Of a stretch of 64,000 bases of DNA, positions 36,634-46,699 are shown piece after piece. Each line of letters begins with the position of its first letter. Position 1 is the first letter of the stretch. The stretch comes from a virus. Both the position numbers and the translations under genes were made by a program. The stretch is from positions 27,854 through 91,853 of IMG/VR virus record IMGVR_UViG_3300037755_001058; one strand, 5' to 3'. Under the pieces are notes generated by a model. The model worked only from the letters and a program-made list of their open reading frames with translations, was not told the origin of the DNA and searched no databases.

Positions 36634-38547
36634 GTGAACATCAAAGAGCGTCTGACGAAAGCTCGTCAGGACTATGCCGAAACTGGTGAATCAGGCCTAA
36701 CGGACGATGAATGGGACGCCATGAGGAACTGGGCCGAGTCCACCGGAGTCAGTGTCTCCAGTCTGCCCGAACTACCATCATCAACGCATTGGCCTGTGGT
36801 GAGACACCTCCACCAGATGTACTCCATCCCTGAGTGCAAGAGCCTCGAAGAGTTGGAACAGTTCGGAAAGAATGACTTGGGATTCCTCAGTCTGAAGTAC
36901 GATGGATTGAGCATCGAACTACAGTACGATCACGGGACCCTCAATCGTTGCGTCCTCAGGGGAGATGGGTACCAGGGAGAGGACGTCACGCCGAATGCGC
37001 GTAGAGCCATGTGCGTTCCGGCGAACCTTCCGACATCCATGCTCACCGGGTCGGTCTTCGGCGAATTGGTCATCAGCTTCAACAACCTCGATGAGTTGAA
37101 CAAGATCCGTACGGACGCCGGGTTGAATCCGTACAAGAGCCCGCGCAACGCAGTGGCCGTCATACGAGCCAAGACCGTGACAACCCAGGTGATGGCTCTG
37201 TTCCGGGTTAGGGCATTCGACACCACTTTCGGAGACTCACGCCTCGGACAGGATGATCGGCTCAAGCTGCTCAGAGATTTGAACGCCATGATGAGAGGCC
37301 CCACGACCATCAAGTTCGATCCAGTAGTAGTCAAGCGGGTAACACCGGCCGATGCCTGGCTCAAGGTTCAGGACGTGGCCATCGCTCGTGACGACTACCA
37401 ATATCAGATGGATGGGATGGTATTCCGGTACAAGGACGGAACCTCGGTCAAGCTGAAGTTTCCTCCCCAGTCTGCCGTGACCACCGTTCGAGACGTTGTG
37501 GAGCAACTTGGGCGAACTGGTGTGGTAGCGCCGAGGGTGGTGTTCGACCCGGTCGAGTTGGTATCAGCCACGGTAAGATGTGCCAGTGTTCACAACTCCG
37601 ATCTAGTGGCAACTAAGCTGTCAGGGCTTGGCATCGGTGCGGTGGTGCTCATTAGCCGACGAGGCGATGTCATACCTCACGTAGAGAGTGTGATCAAACC
37701 TGCCGAGGTTCCATGGACTCCCCGTCAGGATTGTCCCTCGTGCGGGGCTGAGGTCGTACAGGATGGGTCCATCCGCAGATGTTCGGCTGACCCTGGTGCA
37801 TGCCCCGGATCGGTGGTGGGTCTGATAGTAGAATTCTGTCGACGGATGGGAATCGACGGATTTGGACCGGGGGTATCGGGGGCTTTGGTCTCGGAAGGCG
37901 TGGTCTCCACACCGGCAGACCTGTACATGATGGACCCGGAGATTGTGGCCGCCGTCAGGACCCCGGGTGGAGCCGTAATCGGCGATACTATCGCCAATCG
38001 TCTGGCGGCAAAGGTCGATTCCAGATCCGAGGTGGGATGGGGGGAACTTCTGGGGTCATTGTGCATCCCAGGTTGCGCTAAGTCTGTGATGGAGGCCGTC
38101 GCAGGTAGGTTTCATGACCCTGAATCGTTACGAGCGGCGAACCGTGACGAGCTAGTGTCTGTAGACGGGGTAGGTCCTGAACGAGCGGCCTCCATCACAG
38201 CTTTCGTAGAATCTCGGTGGGATGACATCATGGCCCTGGCGGGAGTGGTCAAGATCCGTCAACCCGGAGGCCGCATGGCTGGGAAGGTGATATGCATCAC
38301 CCTCGGCCTTCGGACATGTGGACGTCCCGAGATGGAGGCGCGAATCCATCAGGCTGGTGGCGATGTCAAGGGATCCGTGTCGAAGCGGGTCACCCATGTG
38401 GTGTGCAACTATCCAGACGATTCCACCACCAAGTTGAAGCGTGCTAGGGAGCTTGGCATTCCAATCGTCGGTGAGGATGAGCTCCTGGGCTGGTTGGGCC
38501 AATCTCAAGAGACCGAGGAGGACTTTGATGAGCAGGCGGACTTCTGA
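36634..38547 (+). CDS. ligA: NAD-dependent DNA ligase
   Basis: SLKYDGLS, RGDGYQGEDVT, DGMVF, GRTG, SRRGDVIP, CPSC Zn finger, HhH repeats, BRCT GSVSKRVTHVV. Confidence 0.95.
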   Translation: MNIKERLTKARQDYAETGESGLTDDEWDAMRNWAESTGVSVSSLPELPSSTHWPVVRHLHQMYSIPECKSLEELEQFGKNDLGFLSLKYDGLSIELQYDHGTLNRCVLRGDGYQGEDVTPNARRAMCVPANLPTSMLTGSVFGELVISFNNLDELNKIRTDAGLNPYKSPRNAVAVIRAKTVTTQVMALFRVRAFDTTFGDSRLGQDDRLKLLRDLNAMMRGPTTIKFDPVVVKRVTPADAWLKVQDVAIARDDYQYQMDGMVFRYKDGTSVKLKFPPQSAVTTVRDVVEQLGRTGVVAPRVVFDPVELVSATVRCASVHNSDLVATKLSGLGIGAVVLISRRGDVIPHVESVIKPAEVPWTPRQDCPSCGAEVVQDGSIRRCSADPGACPGSVVGLIVEFCRRMGIDGFGPGVSGALVSEGVVSTPADLYMMDPEIVAAVRTPGGAVIGDTIANRLAAKVDSRSEVGWGELLGSLCIPGCAKSVMEAVAGRFHDPESLRAANRDELVSVDGVGPERAASITAFVESRWDDIMALAGVVKIRQPGGRMAGKVICITLGLRTCGRPEMEARIHQAGGDVKGSVSKRVTHVVCNYPDDSTTKLKRARELGIPIVGEDELLGWLGQSQETEEDFDEQADF

Positions 38548-38773
38548 GCCATTCGTGGCGCTGGACGGCTGCCGACATAAGGACACGTACGTTCGGGCCA
38601 TGCTGGTGTCGCTACCAATGCTCGATGGAGAGGTAGTCGATCGGCCCGTTCCTCTGGCCCTATTGAAGGCTGATGTACCCATCGACTATGGTGGTGGTGA
38701 ATTCACCCTTGTCGTTCTTGCGCGATTCGCCCAGAAGTTCCCAGACCACGAGTGGAGACCGTACGATGGATGA
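38528..38773 (+). CDS. Hypothetical protein
   Basis: GAGGAGG upstream; bridges the ligase and exonuclease genes. Confidence 0.5.
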   Translation: MSRRTSEPFVALDGCRHKDTYVRAMLVSLPMLDGEVVDRPVPLALLKADVPIDYGGGEFTLVVLARFAQKFPDHEWRPYDG

Positions 38774-39950
38774 GATTCACCCCCTGTTCGAAGTAGACCC
38801 GTCCCTGCCGAAGGCTGGGGGGCCCGTGAAGCCGTACAGGTGGCTGCTGATCGATGGTGGAGGCCTGGCTACCACGGCCTGGGCAACGCATCGAGATCTG
38901 GAGCGGGTGGAGAACAGGATTCGAACGGCAGTGTACGTCATGATCACATGTCTCGCCAGTCTCAGTCGACTGGTTCACGAGTCGGCGAAGATCGTCGTAG
39001 CCTGGGATGGGTATGACAACAGGGCATGGCGGCGGGGACATCACCCGTGGTACAAGCACGGGCGTGGCACGATGATCGACCGCCGCGAGGTGGCCGTGGT
39101 GGTGGATCAGGTGGGACAGCTGCTCACCGCCATGGGGGTGGCCATGCTGCAGATTCCCGGGAGGGAGGCGGACGACCTCGTCGCCACGCTGGCTCGTCGG
39201 GTGGAAGCCAACGGTGAGACGTGTCTGATCTTTTCGGACGACAAGGACTACATCCAGCTGGTGGGCGACAACATCCATCTGGCGCGCAGGTCCATGGACG
39301 GGATCGTGATGACCCCCGACCAGTGCAAGCTGATGGGCTTGCCGTTCGGCGAGCACGCACTTCACATCAAGGCTGTCGCAGGTGACTCCGGTGACAACAT
39401 CAGAGGCCTTCGAGGCATCGGCGACAAGAAGGCCTTCCAGCTACTCGAAGCGCATCCAGATTTCTTCGAGATGGCGTGTGAGGACCCGAGCTTGGTCGAC
39501 TGGGATGACCTGCCGAGGTCCGTTCGCATGGCGTTCGTCCGAGCAGGTCGGAAGATCACCCACCCAGTCCCGATCCAGGACAAGGAGTTCGTCCTGGCAT
39601 TCTGCAGTCGAGGAGACCAGAAGCACCTGCAGCGGATCGTCGACGTGGACATGGCGTGCTCCGAGGAGGCAGCTCTACGTGAGGCTGCCATCGAGTCGGT
39701 CAGATGCCTCCGACTCGTGGAGATGGATACGGAGGTGCCGTTGCCAGATCCGATCGAGTTCCCGAACATCAACGTGGAGCGCATCCCTGTGCTGTTGAAG
39801 GCTCTCGACATGGCCGATGAACACGATCTGATCTCGAGCCTGTACGCACTGGCCAGGATGCGAAATCCCTCGCTCCTGCCGCCACGAAGGGCAGCTGTCA
39901 GGGCAGGCCAAGTGATCGACATGAGTCCAACGCCTGACGACATGTTCTGA
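38766..39950 (+). CDS. 5'-3' exonuclease / flap endonuclease (Pol I N-terminal type)
   Basis: LLIDG, AWDG, YKHGR, EADD, SDDKDYIQL, GDSGDNIRGLRGIGDKKA. Confidence 0.92.
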   Translation: MDEIHPLFEVDPSLPKAGGPVKPYRWLLIDGGGLATTAWATHRDLERVENRIRTAVYVMITCLASLSRLVHESAKIVVAWDGYDNRAWRRGHHPWYKHGRGTMIDRREVAVVVDQVGQLLTAMGVAMLQIPGREADDLVATLARRVEANGETCLIFSDDKDYIQLVGDNIHLARRSMDGIVMTPDQCKLMGLPFGEHALHIKAVAGDSGDNIRGLRGIGDKKAFQLLEAHPDFFEMACEDPSLVDWDDLPRSVRMAFVRAGRKITHPVPIQDKEFVLAFCSRGDQKHLQRIVDVDMACSEEAALREAAIESVRCLRLVEMDTEVPLPDPIEFPNINVERIPVLLKALDMADEHDLISSLYALARMRNPSLLPPRRAAVRAGQVIDMSPTPDDMF

Positions 39951-39981
39951 ACTCCACCACCATCGAGAAGAGAGGGACATA

Positions 39982-41418
39982 ATGCCTACCGCAGACGACT
40001 ACCTGACCACGGTTGGACAGGCCACCGTGGTCCAAGGCCTTCCTGAGGAGGCCGTGGCGATGCTGTTCGGGATGTTCTCCCGAAATCCCAGAAATCTGCG
40101 GGACACCCTGCAGACGATGATCGATGATGGCGACATCGATCCTCCTCCGTTCGACTCCAAGGACATGACGGACCGTGTGCGTTCGTTCCACGAGAGGATC
40201 ACCATCGGGTATGGCCACAAGAGCGTGGCAGACCACGCGATGGTCCACTTCTGTTTGGAAGGCGTCTCGGCACTGGCCGAGCGCGACTTCTTGTCCGCCC
40301 GACTCCTGGCCGCTTCTTCGAAGTCCACGAGGTTCGTAGACTTCAGCAACGTAGGTTGGGTGACTCCAGAAGAGATCAACGACCAAGACCTGAGATTCGA
40401 GTACGATGATCACTGCCTCGACATGATGAGGGCGTACGAGTATCTCGTCCCTCGTGCTGTCGACGCCGTACGCGAAGTCTGTCCGTACGTTTCAGAGGAA
40501 TGGAACGGCAAGGAGAAGCTCTGGGAGGGGGCTACCCACAAGCGAGCCTTGGACTCGGTACGAGACGTACTTCCGATGTCTGCGCGCACGAACTTCGCCG
40601 TGACCATGAGTGCCACTGGCCTGAGAGAGATGCTGGACAAGCGCCAGTCCGATCTCACCACGGCGTACGAGATCAGAGAGGCCGCGGACAGCATCAGACT
40701 GGCGTCCAAGGCCGCTGTACCTACACTTCTCCCCGATGAGACCAGGATTATCCGTCGACAGCCCATGATCGCGGCAAGCTGGACTAGGGCGCGCATCCAC
40801 GCACCGATGACCGTACGGATGGTTACGCGTCCAGACTGGAGTTCCGTGGAGACCATCCTGGGTGAGTCGATCCAGCGCGCCATCCATCGGTGGACCAACG
40901 ATCGCACCCAGTACATGGTTCCCGACCGTACGGCTGAGGCAGCGACGTACGCTTTCATCATCAACATGCCGATCGCCATCCATAGAGACCTTGGACGACA
41001 CCGTCCGCTGACCCAACTGCAGACGCTGCTCGGACCTGGGCTCGGATACGGCGTGGACCCCCTCCTCATCGATCAACAGGCGATTCAGTCGAGCCCGAAG
41101 CTCGTCGAACTCTCCCTGGAGCATGCAAAGATTCTCCAGGAGATCGATGAACGCCTCATGGGATTCATGTCACGGATGAATCCAACTGCACTGCAGTACG
41201 CCTGCCCGCTTGCAACCATGGTCCGCGTCGCATGGGTGGTCAACCTGAGGGAGTTGGTGCACATCCTTGGACTGCGCACCGTGAAGCAGGGACACGCCGG
41301 ATACCGTCTTCTCGTGCAGATGGTCGCCAAGGCGGTGAAGGCTCACGATCCCATGATCGCTCCGCTGGTTGACTCCGTCACCAACTTCGACCAGATCATC
41401 GTGGGTCGACCGGGTTAG
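39982..41418 (+). CDS. thyX: FAD-dependent thymidylate synthase, tandem two-domain type
   Basis: GYGHKSVADHA, SKSTRFVDF, RDLGRHR, NLREL.H.LGLRT..QGH.GYR. Confidence 0.85.
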   Translation: MPTADDYLTTVGQATVVQGLPEEAVAMLFGMFSRNPRNLRDTLQTMIDDGDIDPPPFDSKDMTDRVRSFHERITIGYGHKSVADHAMVHFCLEGVSALAERDFLSARLLAASSKSTRFVDFSNVGWVTPEEINDQDLRFEYDDHCLDMMRAYEYLVPRAVDAVREVCPYVSEEWNGKEKLWEGATHKRALDSVRDVLPMSARTNFAVTMSATGLREMLDKRQSDLTTAYEIREAADSIRLASKAAVPTLLPDETRIIRRQPMIAASWTRARIHAPMTVRMVTRPDWSSVETILGESIQRAIHRWTNDRTQYMVPDRTAEAATYAFIINMPIAIHRDLGRHRPLTQLQTLLGPGLGYGVDPLLIDQQAIQSSPKLVELSLEHAKILQEIDERLMGFMSRMNPTALQYACPLATMVRVAWVVNLRELVHILGLRTVKQGHAGYRLLVQMVAKAVKAHDPMIAPLVDSVTNFDQIIVGRPG

Positions 41419-41464
41419 AACTCACCCGAACTGTCAACGTTGGAGTCATAGGAGGTAGCGACGG

Positions 41465-41470
41465 TATAAT
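41465..41470 (+). promoter_or_regulatory. Possible -10 box upstream of the RNR gene
   Basis: Perfect TATAAT in the intergenic gap; no good -35. Confidence 0.35.
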
Positions 41471-41513
41471 GTACTGTTGTGCTGTCGCAGTTACCTTCTT
41501 CAGGAGATAGATC

Positions 41514-44500
41514 GTGAACTCCTACTTCGTCACCCCCTACGAGGAGAACCTGTTCACGACGAGGTACCAAGACCCAGGCAATCGAGACGGCGAACAGACG
41601 TGGGAAGACGCGTTTGGGCGGGTGGTGGAGGCTGTTGTTCCAGATCCGATCCTGAAGATGACTCTCCTGGGAATGATGTCGCGCGGCGAGGTGCTGCCGT
41701 CGAGTCCCCAGCTGTGGAACTTCGGAGCGATCGGTCGACGGTACCCCATGAACGGAGGGTCGTGCTTCACCGGCTTCATGGGGGATACCCTCGAAGACTT
41801 CAGGGCGGCTGATCAGCACGCCGAATCTGTCTACGTGGCCAGCGGTGGGTTCGGGCTCCTTCTCGACACCGTTCGACCCAGGGGGTGCATGATCAAGCAC
41901 TGCAGCGAAGGGGCCATGGGCAGCATGTGCTCTGGTGGGCCTGCGAAACGCGTGGAGGGCACCACCGGGTATATCACTGGATCAGGGCGGGCCAGGGGTG
42001 CTCTGATGTTCCAGCAGAGCATCTGGCATCCCGACATCCTGGAGTTCATGCTCGCGAAGCGCCCCAGCTCCCTTGGGTTCATGGACGACTGGGAGGCGAA
42101 CGCCAGGAGTGTCCTGCTGGCCAAGAGGATGGACAACCTCGATACCCTGATCGCGAAGTACCACAGGTACGCGATGCAGAAGGATTGGCCGGACTCGTTC
42201 ACTGTGATTGTCGATACCGGTCCAATCGCCGTCAAGGAGGCCATGGCGGCTGGAATCATCAGGCTCAACGAACTGGGCCAGCTCATCCCTGTAGTGACGG
42301 ACTGGTCCGCCGCAATCCCGCGCGAGGCCAATCGGGACTGGGACCTCCCGATGCAGAACTGCAACATGTCTGTCCGCGTGCCTGACGAGTTCTACGACGC
42401 CATCGACGCCGACGCGAACTGGGTGCTACACTGGTTCAGTCCAGATCCTCCCAAGGACGATGAGAACCCGTGGACCAAGACCGACTGCCTCGGGGATGGT
42501 CTGAGGGAGATCGCTGACGGAACCGTCATCATCGTGTCGGACGACATGACGAGGGCAGACCCGGTGTACGTCTCGGACAACTCCGAGATTGACTACAAGT
42601 ACGGAGTGGTGATCACCACGTGGGAGGGGCTCGTTCAGAACCTCTCTCCCAATCGGAACCAGTGGAGGGACACCGAGTACTCGAGGTTCTACCGGACCAA
42701 GATCCTGCCAACCCTTCAGAACCTGAAGGGTCCGATCAAGGCCCGTCAACTGTGGGACATCTTGATCGACAACGCCTGGAACCATGCCGACCCTGGCATC
42801 ATCAACTGTGGTACGTACGAGCGCTACCAGCCGGTCGACAGCACGGTGTACGGGCCGAGGCTGTCCAATCCATGCTGTCTCGTCGGAGAGACCCTCGTCG
42901 ATACGGACGAGGGGCGAATTCGAATCGATGAGCTGGTCCGGCGCGCCGACCGCGGAGAGGCGCTCCCCAACGCCTTCTGCTATGACCTCCTCGACCGACG
43001 GCCGTCGGTGAGGCCCATCACGCACGCCTGGCTGTCCGGACACGACGAGGAGGTGTTCGAGGTGGTCACCGACAAGGGGATCGCGTTCCGTGGTACGGCG
43101 CACCACCCCGTTCTGCTGAAGAACGGCTCGTACGTCAAGATCTGTGATCTGGCTCCAGGGATGGCACTCAGGAAGATCCATCGGTGCGTGCATCCGTCCG
43201 GGTACGTGTACATCACCGGAAGGAAGGACTTCATCGAGCACAGGCTCGTGTACTCGGAGATCTCTGAGACCCCCCAGGACCAGATGGAGGGTCTGGACGT
43301 CCATCACGACGATGAAGACAACCAGAACAACGCGTTCTGGAACCTCAAGCTCGTCGATTCGACCGAGCACCGATCCCAACACTCATCCGGGTCCGGGAAC
43401 CCGAGGTTCAAGCACGTCGGTACCAAGGTGCTGGCCGAGTTCTACACCGAGGTGGTCAACTCCAAGTCGGCGAGGGGGCGCCCTCGGAAGCGGCCCGTCA
43501 CGCCCCAGTCGTGGAACCTCCACGTCATCCGCACCGGAAGGACTGACATCCCGAAGTCTTCCAGCTATGGCATCCAGGGCATGGGTTGGAACGACTTCTG
43601 TTCCATGATCGAGAGCCACCTCACCGACCTCGTGGATGGTGAGAACCACAAGGTGGTGTCGATCAGGTACGTCGGCCTGAGCGACGTCTACAACATCACC
43701 GTGAAGGACCACCACAATTTCGGCATCAGCAGCTTCACCGATCGAACCTCGGATTCGATCATCGTGAAGAATTCTGAGTACGTAAATTCTCCAGGAGGTT
43801 CCTGCAACCTGATCAGCGTGAACCTCAGGGCGGCGGCGGAGGCTGGTGGGGACTTTCTTCACGTGGTCAGCGAGTTCGCCAAGGTGGCGTCGCGATACAT
43901 CATCGGGGCGATGGACTACAGTCGTGCGCCCGTCGGGTTCATCGATGAGATGACCCGCAAGCACTTCCGTACTGTCGGCGTTGGATTCATGGGACTGGCG
44001 GAGGCCCTGATCCACTCTGGGCTTCGGTACGGCTCCGAAGAGGCCCAGCAGTTCACGGCGGCGGCAATGTCAGAGATCGCTCTGACGGCGTGGGAGACCT
44101 CGTTCGAGATGGCAAATGAGGGCCTTCCGAAGCCTCTGGGGTGGAACCCCAAGCGCATGATCTCCATCTTCGGTGATCGGTACCTGAACGCCATCGGGTA
44201 CGATCTCCCTCAAAGCCACCTGCTGCGATGGCGACGCCTCGCCATCAGAACTGCCGCTGGGGAGTGGGCTACCAACACCGTGATGACTAGCGTCGCGCCT
44301 ACCGGTACCATCGCACAGATCGCAGGCTTCATGATGTCTCGTGCCGCCGGGTGTTCGATCTCGGTGACCAGCGGCGTAGAACCGGTGTTCGCCCCCATCA
44401 CCGGTCGTCAGGACAACTCCGGCTCGACGACTACCTCCCACGACCTTTGGTCCACGGAGGTCGGAACAGACATTCTCATCACCGCGGCATCCGCATCGGC

Positions 44501-44795
44501 GGAGGATCACGTTCGGATGCAGGCAGCTGCCTGCGCGTTCTGCTGCATGTCGGTCAGTAAGACGATCAACGTACCGGTGACAGCATCGCGCGAAGAGATC
44601 GCAAACGCCTACCGACTGGCGTACGAACTGGGTGTACCCGGTACATCGGTGTACAGAGACCAGAGCAAGCCACACCAGGTCCTCTCAGCTCTGGAATGTC
44701 CGAGCGGAGAGTGCAAGGTCGGTCTCGACGACGATGTCAGCACGATGGATCGCCCTGCTGCCTTTCAGGAAGCCCTGGGACTCATCGGCAAGTAA
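41514..44795 (+). CDS. nrdJ: Class II (adenosylcobalamin) ribonucleotide reductase containing an intein
   Basis: PSSPQLWN, SCF, GGFG, NMSVRV.DEF, AW.HADPG, NPC[intein]SE, SCNL.SVNL, VAPTGT, SVSKTIN, C-terminal CPSGEC; no beta subunit nearby. Confidence 0.88.
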   Translation: MNSYFVTPYEENLFTTRYQDPGNRDGEQTWEDAFGRVVEAVVPDPILKMTLLGMMSRGEVLPSSPQLWNFGAIGRRYPMNGGSCFTGFMGDTLEDFRAADQHAESVYVASGGFGLLLDTVRPRGCMIKHCSEGAMGSMCSGGPAKRVEGTTGYITGSGRARGALMFQQSIWHPDILEFMLAKRPSSLGFMDDWEANARSVLLAKRMDNLDTLIAKYHRYAMQKDWPDSFTVIVDTGPIAVKEAMAAGIIRLNELGQLIPVVTDWSAAIPREANRDWDLPMQNCNMSVRVPDEFYDAIDADANWVLHWFSPDPPKDDENPWTKTDCLGDGLREIADGTVIIVSDDMTRADPVYVSDNSEIDYKYGVVITTWEGLVQNLSPNRNQWRDTEYSRFYRTKILPTLQNLKGPIKARQLWDILIDNAWNHADPGIINCGTYERYQPVDSTVYGPRLSNPCCLVGETLVDTDEGRIRIDELVRRADRGEALPNAFCYDLLDRRPSVRPITHAWLSGHDEEVFEVVTDKGIAFRGTAHHPVLLKNGSYVKICDLAPGMALRKIHRCVHPSGYVYITGRKDFIEHRLVYSEISETPQDQMEGLDVHHDDEDNQNNAFWNLKLVDSTEHRSQHSSGSGNPRFKHVGTKVLAEFYTEVVNSKSARGRPRKRPVTPQSWNLHVIRTGRTDIPKSSSYGIQGMGWNDFCSMIESHLTDLVDGENHKVVSIRYVGLSDVYNITVKDHHNFGISSFTDRTSDSIIVKNSEYVNSPGGSCNLISVNLRAAAEAGGDFLHVVSEFAKVASRYIIGAMDYSRAPVGFIDEMTRKHFRTVGVGFMGLAEALIHSGLRYGSEEAQQFTAAAMSEIALTAWETSFEMANEGLPKPLGWNPKRMISIFGDRYLNAIGYDLPQSHLLRWRRLAIRTAAGEWATNTVMTSVAPTGTIAQIAGFMMSRAAGCSISVTSGVEPVFAPITGRQDNSGSTTTSHDLWSTEVGTDILITAASASAEDHVRMQAAACAFCCMSVSKTINVPVTASREEIANAYRLAYELGVPGTSVYRDQSKPHQVLSALECPSGECKVGLDDDVSTMDRPAAFQEALGLIGK
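42876..43772 (+). mobile_element. Intein (299 aa) with an HNH homing endonuclease
   Basis: Block A CLVGETLV, block B GTAHHP, HNH EHRLVY...VHHDDEDNQNN..WNL, block F VYNITV...HNF, end IVKN followed by Ser. Confidence 0.88.
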
Positions 44796-44811
44796 CAACA
44801 AGGGAGCAACG

Positions 44812-45126
44812 ATGAAGAAGACTCATGTGTGGTTGGTGGGACTCATCCTGATGGGTGCGTCCCTCCCCTTCACGATGGGGATCGGGTGTCCGGGCTCTTA
44901 CGTCGAGAAGGACGTGGGCGTCTCGGACGCTGTGGACGAGGACGGAGAGGACTGCAAGGACTGCAACCGGCTGTGCAGTGTCTCGCTCTTGTTCTGCGTC
45001 GGCGGGAACCGGTGCCCTCTGATTCCGCCGTTGTGCCACCCCAACAACCAGTGCCCCCAGAGCTGCAAGCAGGCCTGCGGGAACTGGTCGAACCCCGGAG
45101 GTGGCAACAACCAGTGCGTGCCCTAG
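44812..45126 (+). CDS. Cys-rich exported protein, possible lipoprotein
   Basis: MKK plus hydrophobic stretch plus GIGC, then 10 more Cys; AAGGGAG SD. Confidence 0.7.
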   Translation: MKKTHVWLVGLILMGASLPFTMGIGCPGSYVEKDVGVSDAVDEDGEDCKDCNRLCSVSLLFCVGGNRCPLIPPLCHPNNQCPQSCKQACGNWSNPGGGNNQCVP

Positions 45127-45179
45127 GTGATCCCACCTCTTCGCCACATTCGACTCGACCCATTCGACAGGAGACAACG

Positions 45180-45992
45180 ATGCTCAACCGCATGATGATG
45201 CTCATGATGCTCGTCTGCGCCATGGTGGCCGTGGCGCTGTCGGCCACGGCCGACGCATCCTCGATCACCGTGGTCACGCAGCCATGGCCGATCAAGAACG
45301 ATGATCCGCCCGAGCTGGGCTTCCTCGACATGGAGAAGTTCACCCAGTACAAGGTGTTCTTCACCTGCACCGACCCGGACAACTGTGGCGGACCGTACTC
45401 CAGGGAGTCGGGGCACGAGGGCACCACCCTCGTGGCGTACAACAGCTCCAGCTCGGTCGTCGACTTCCTGCGCAACGACGATGAGCCGTTCATGGAGTGC
45501 TGGCAGCTCTACGACTCTACCAACGACGAGATGCGGTGGGCGGTGGTTCTCCCCCTCGTCAAGGACGACATCAACGGCGGGTACCACTGGCCGGGAGTCA
45601 ACAGTGCCGACGGCTGGCCCTACAAGGTGTCCTGTCAGGCCAGTGAGAGCGGGAACTCGGTGGTGACCCAGACCGTGCTCGCGGCCGACACCTCGACGCG
45701 GATCACCGGGACCACGATCACCCTGGCGACCGGATACGCCGCGACCCTCGACGACAGCAGTCTGATCGTCAAGCACAAGTTGCCCAGCGGGACGTACGCG
45801 TCCGGCTACGTGAACGGGAAGCTCGATGTCACCACCACGTGGTCTCACGTGAAGGCATACGTCGAGGAGGGAGGCTCGCAGGACTACATCACCTACATGG
45901 TCGGGCCGGAGGCGGAAGCCAACGAGGGCTTCTTCCCCCTCGTCAAGGATGGATCTGGCTCGCCCACCCCCTTCGAGTTCACCCGCCCGTAG
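45180..45992 (+). CDS. Secreted hypothetical protein
   Basis: Signal peptide ending ATADA; AGGAGA SD; strong GC3 bias. Confidence 0.75.
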   Translation: MLNRMMMLMMLVCAMVAVALSATADASSITVVTQPWPIKNDDPPELGFLDMEKFTQYKVFFTCTDPDNCGGPYSRESGHEGTTLVAYNSSSSVVDFLRNDDEPFMECWQLYDSTNDEMRWAVVLPLVKDDINGGYHWPGVNSADGWPYKVSCQASESGNSVVTQTVLAADTSTRITGTTITLATGYAATLDDSSLIVKHKLPSGTYASGYVNGKLDVTTTWSHVKAYVEEGGSQDYITYMVGPEAEANEGFFPLVKDGSGSPTPFEFTRP

Positions 45993-46379
45993 TTACATGG
46001 CGGCGGCCGTGACCACCCCAGCAACGCAACCCAGCACCACGGCTCCACCGATGAGGGCCACTGAGTTACGTTGCCGTCGAACCGTGTTGAGCCGAGCCTC
46101 GGACTCGGCCAACCTGATGTTGAGCTCCGTCGACGAGCTGACGATTTCGGCGTTCATGTCGGCCAGGTTGCGTAGCCGTTCGGCCGTCTCGGACAGGATC
46201 ACAGAGGCCCTGACCAACTCTGTTGACAGTTGGTCTGCCGACTGCGCCTTCGCGAGAAGAATGTCCATTCGAGACTCTGGCACGATGAACGTCGGGCCCA
46301 CGGCCTCTGCCACCTCACCTGGTGGGACGTAGACGGCAGGGTTGGTGGCAAAAGCCAAGGTGCTGATCACGGCGATCAT
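45993..46379 (-). CDS. Membrane-anchored coiled-coil protein (spanin-like candidate)
   Basis: Hydrophobic N-terminus, heptad region, RRQR plus C-terminal transmembrane helix. Confidence 0.5.
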   Translation of the reverse strand: MIAVISTLAFATNPAVYVPPGEVAEAVGPTFIVPESRMDILLAKAQSADQLSTELVRASVILSETAERLRNLADMNAEIVSSSTELNIRLAESEARLNTVRRQRNSVALIGGAVVLGCVAGVVTAAAM

Positions 46380-46699
46380 TCTGTGATCCTGTTCACGACA
46401 TCGGCCTTCGACTTGCCATCGAGTCTGCGGATATCATCGAGTAGCTGGTTCTCTGCATCTCTGGCCAAGTCCCTAGCGACGGAAGCTTCGTTCTCAGCGC
46501 TCACAGCGAGATCTATGGCTCTTCGGCGAGAATCAGCCGCTGCTGCAACAGCTGCGCGTTGAAGAGCCATCGCACCGGCGGCACCAGCCGCCGCCGCTGC
46601 CGCCTCCTGACCATGCCAAAACAGGTAGATGCCGACGACGGCCGTTGCCACTACACACACAATGGCTACAGCGATGTACGCGTTGCGCCGAGTCATCAC
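46376..46699 (-). CDS. N-terminal TM plus helical protein (i-spanin-like candidate)
   Basis: RR plus TM helix, then an Ala-rich coiled coil. Confidence 0.5.
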   Translation of the reverse strand: MMTRRNAYIAVAIVCVVATAVVGIYLFWHGQEAAAAAAGAAGAMALQRAAVAAAADSRRRAIDLAVSAENEASVARDLARDAENQLLDDIRRLDGKSKADVVNRITE

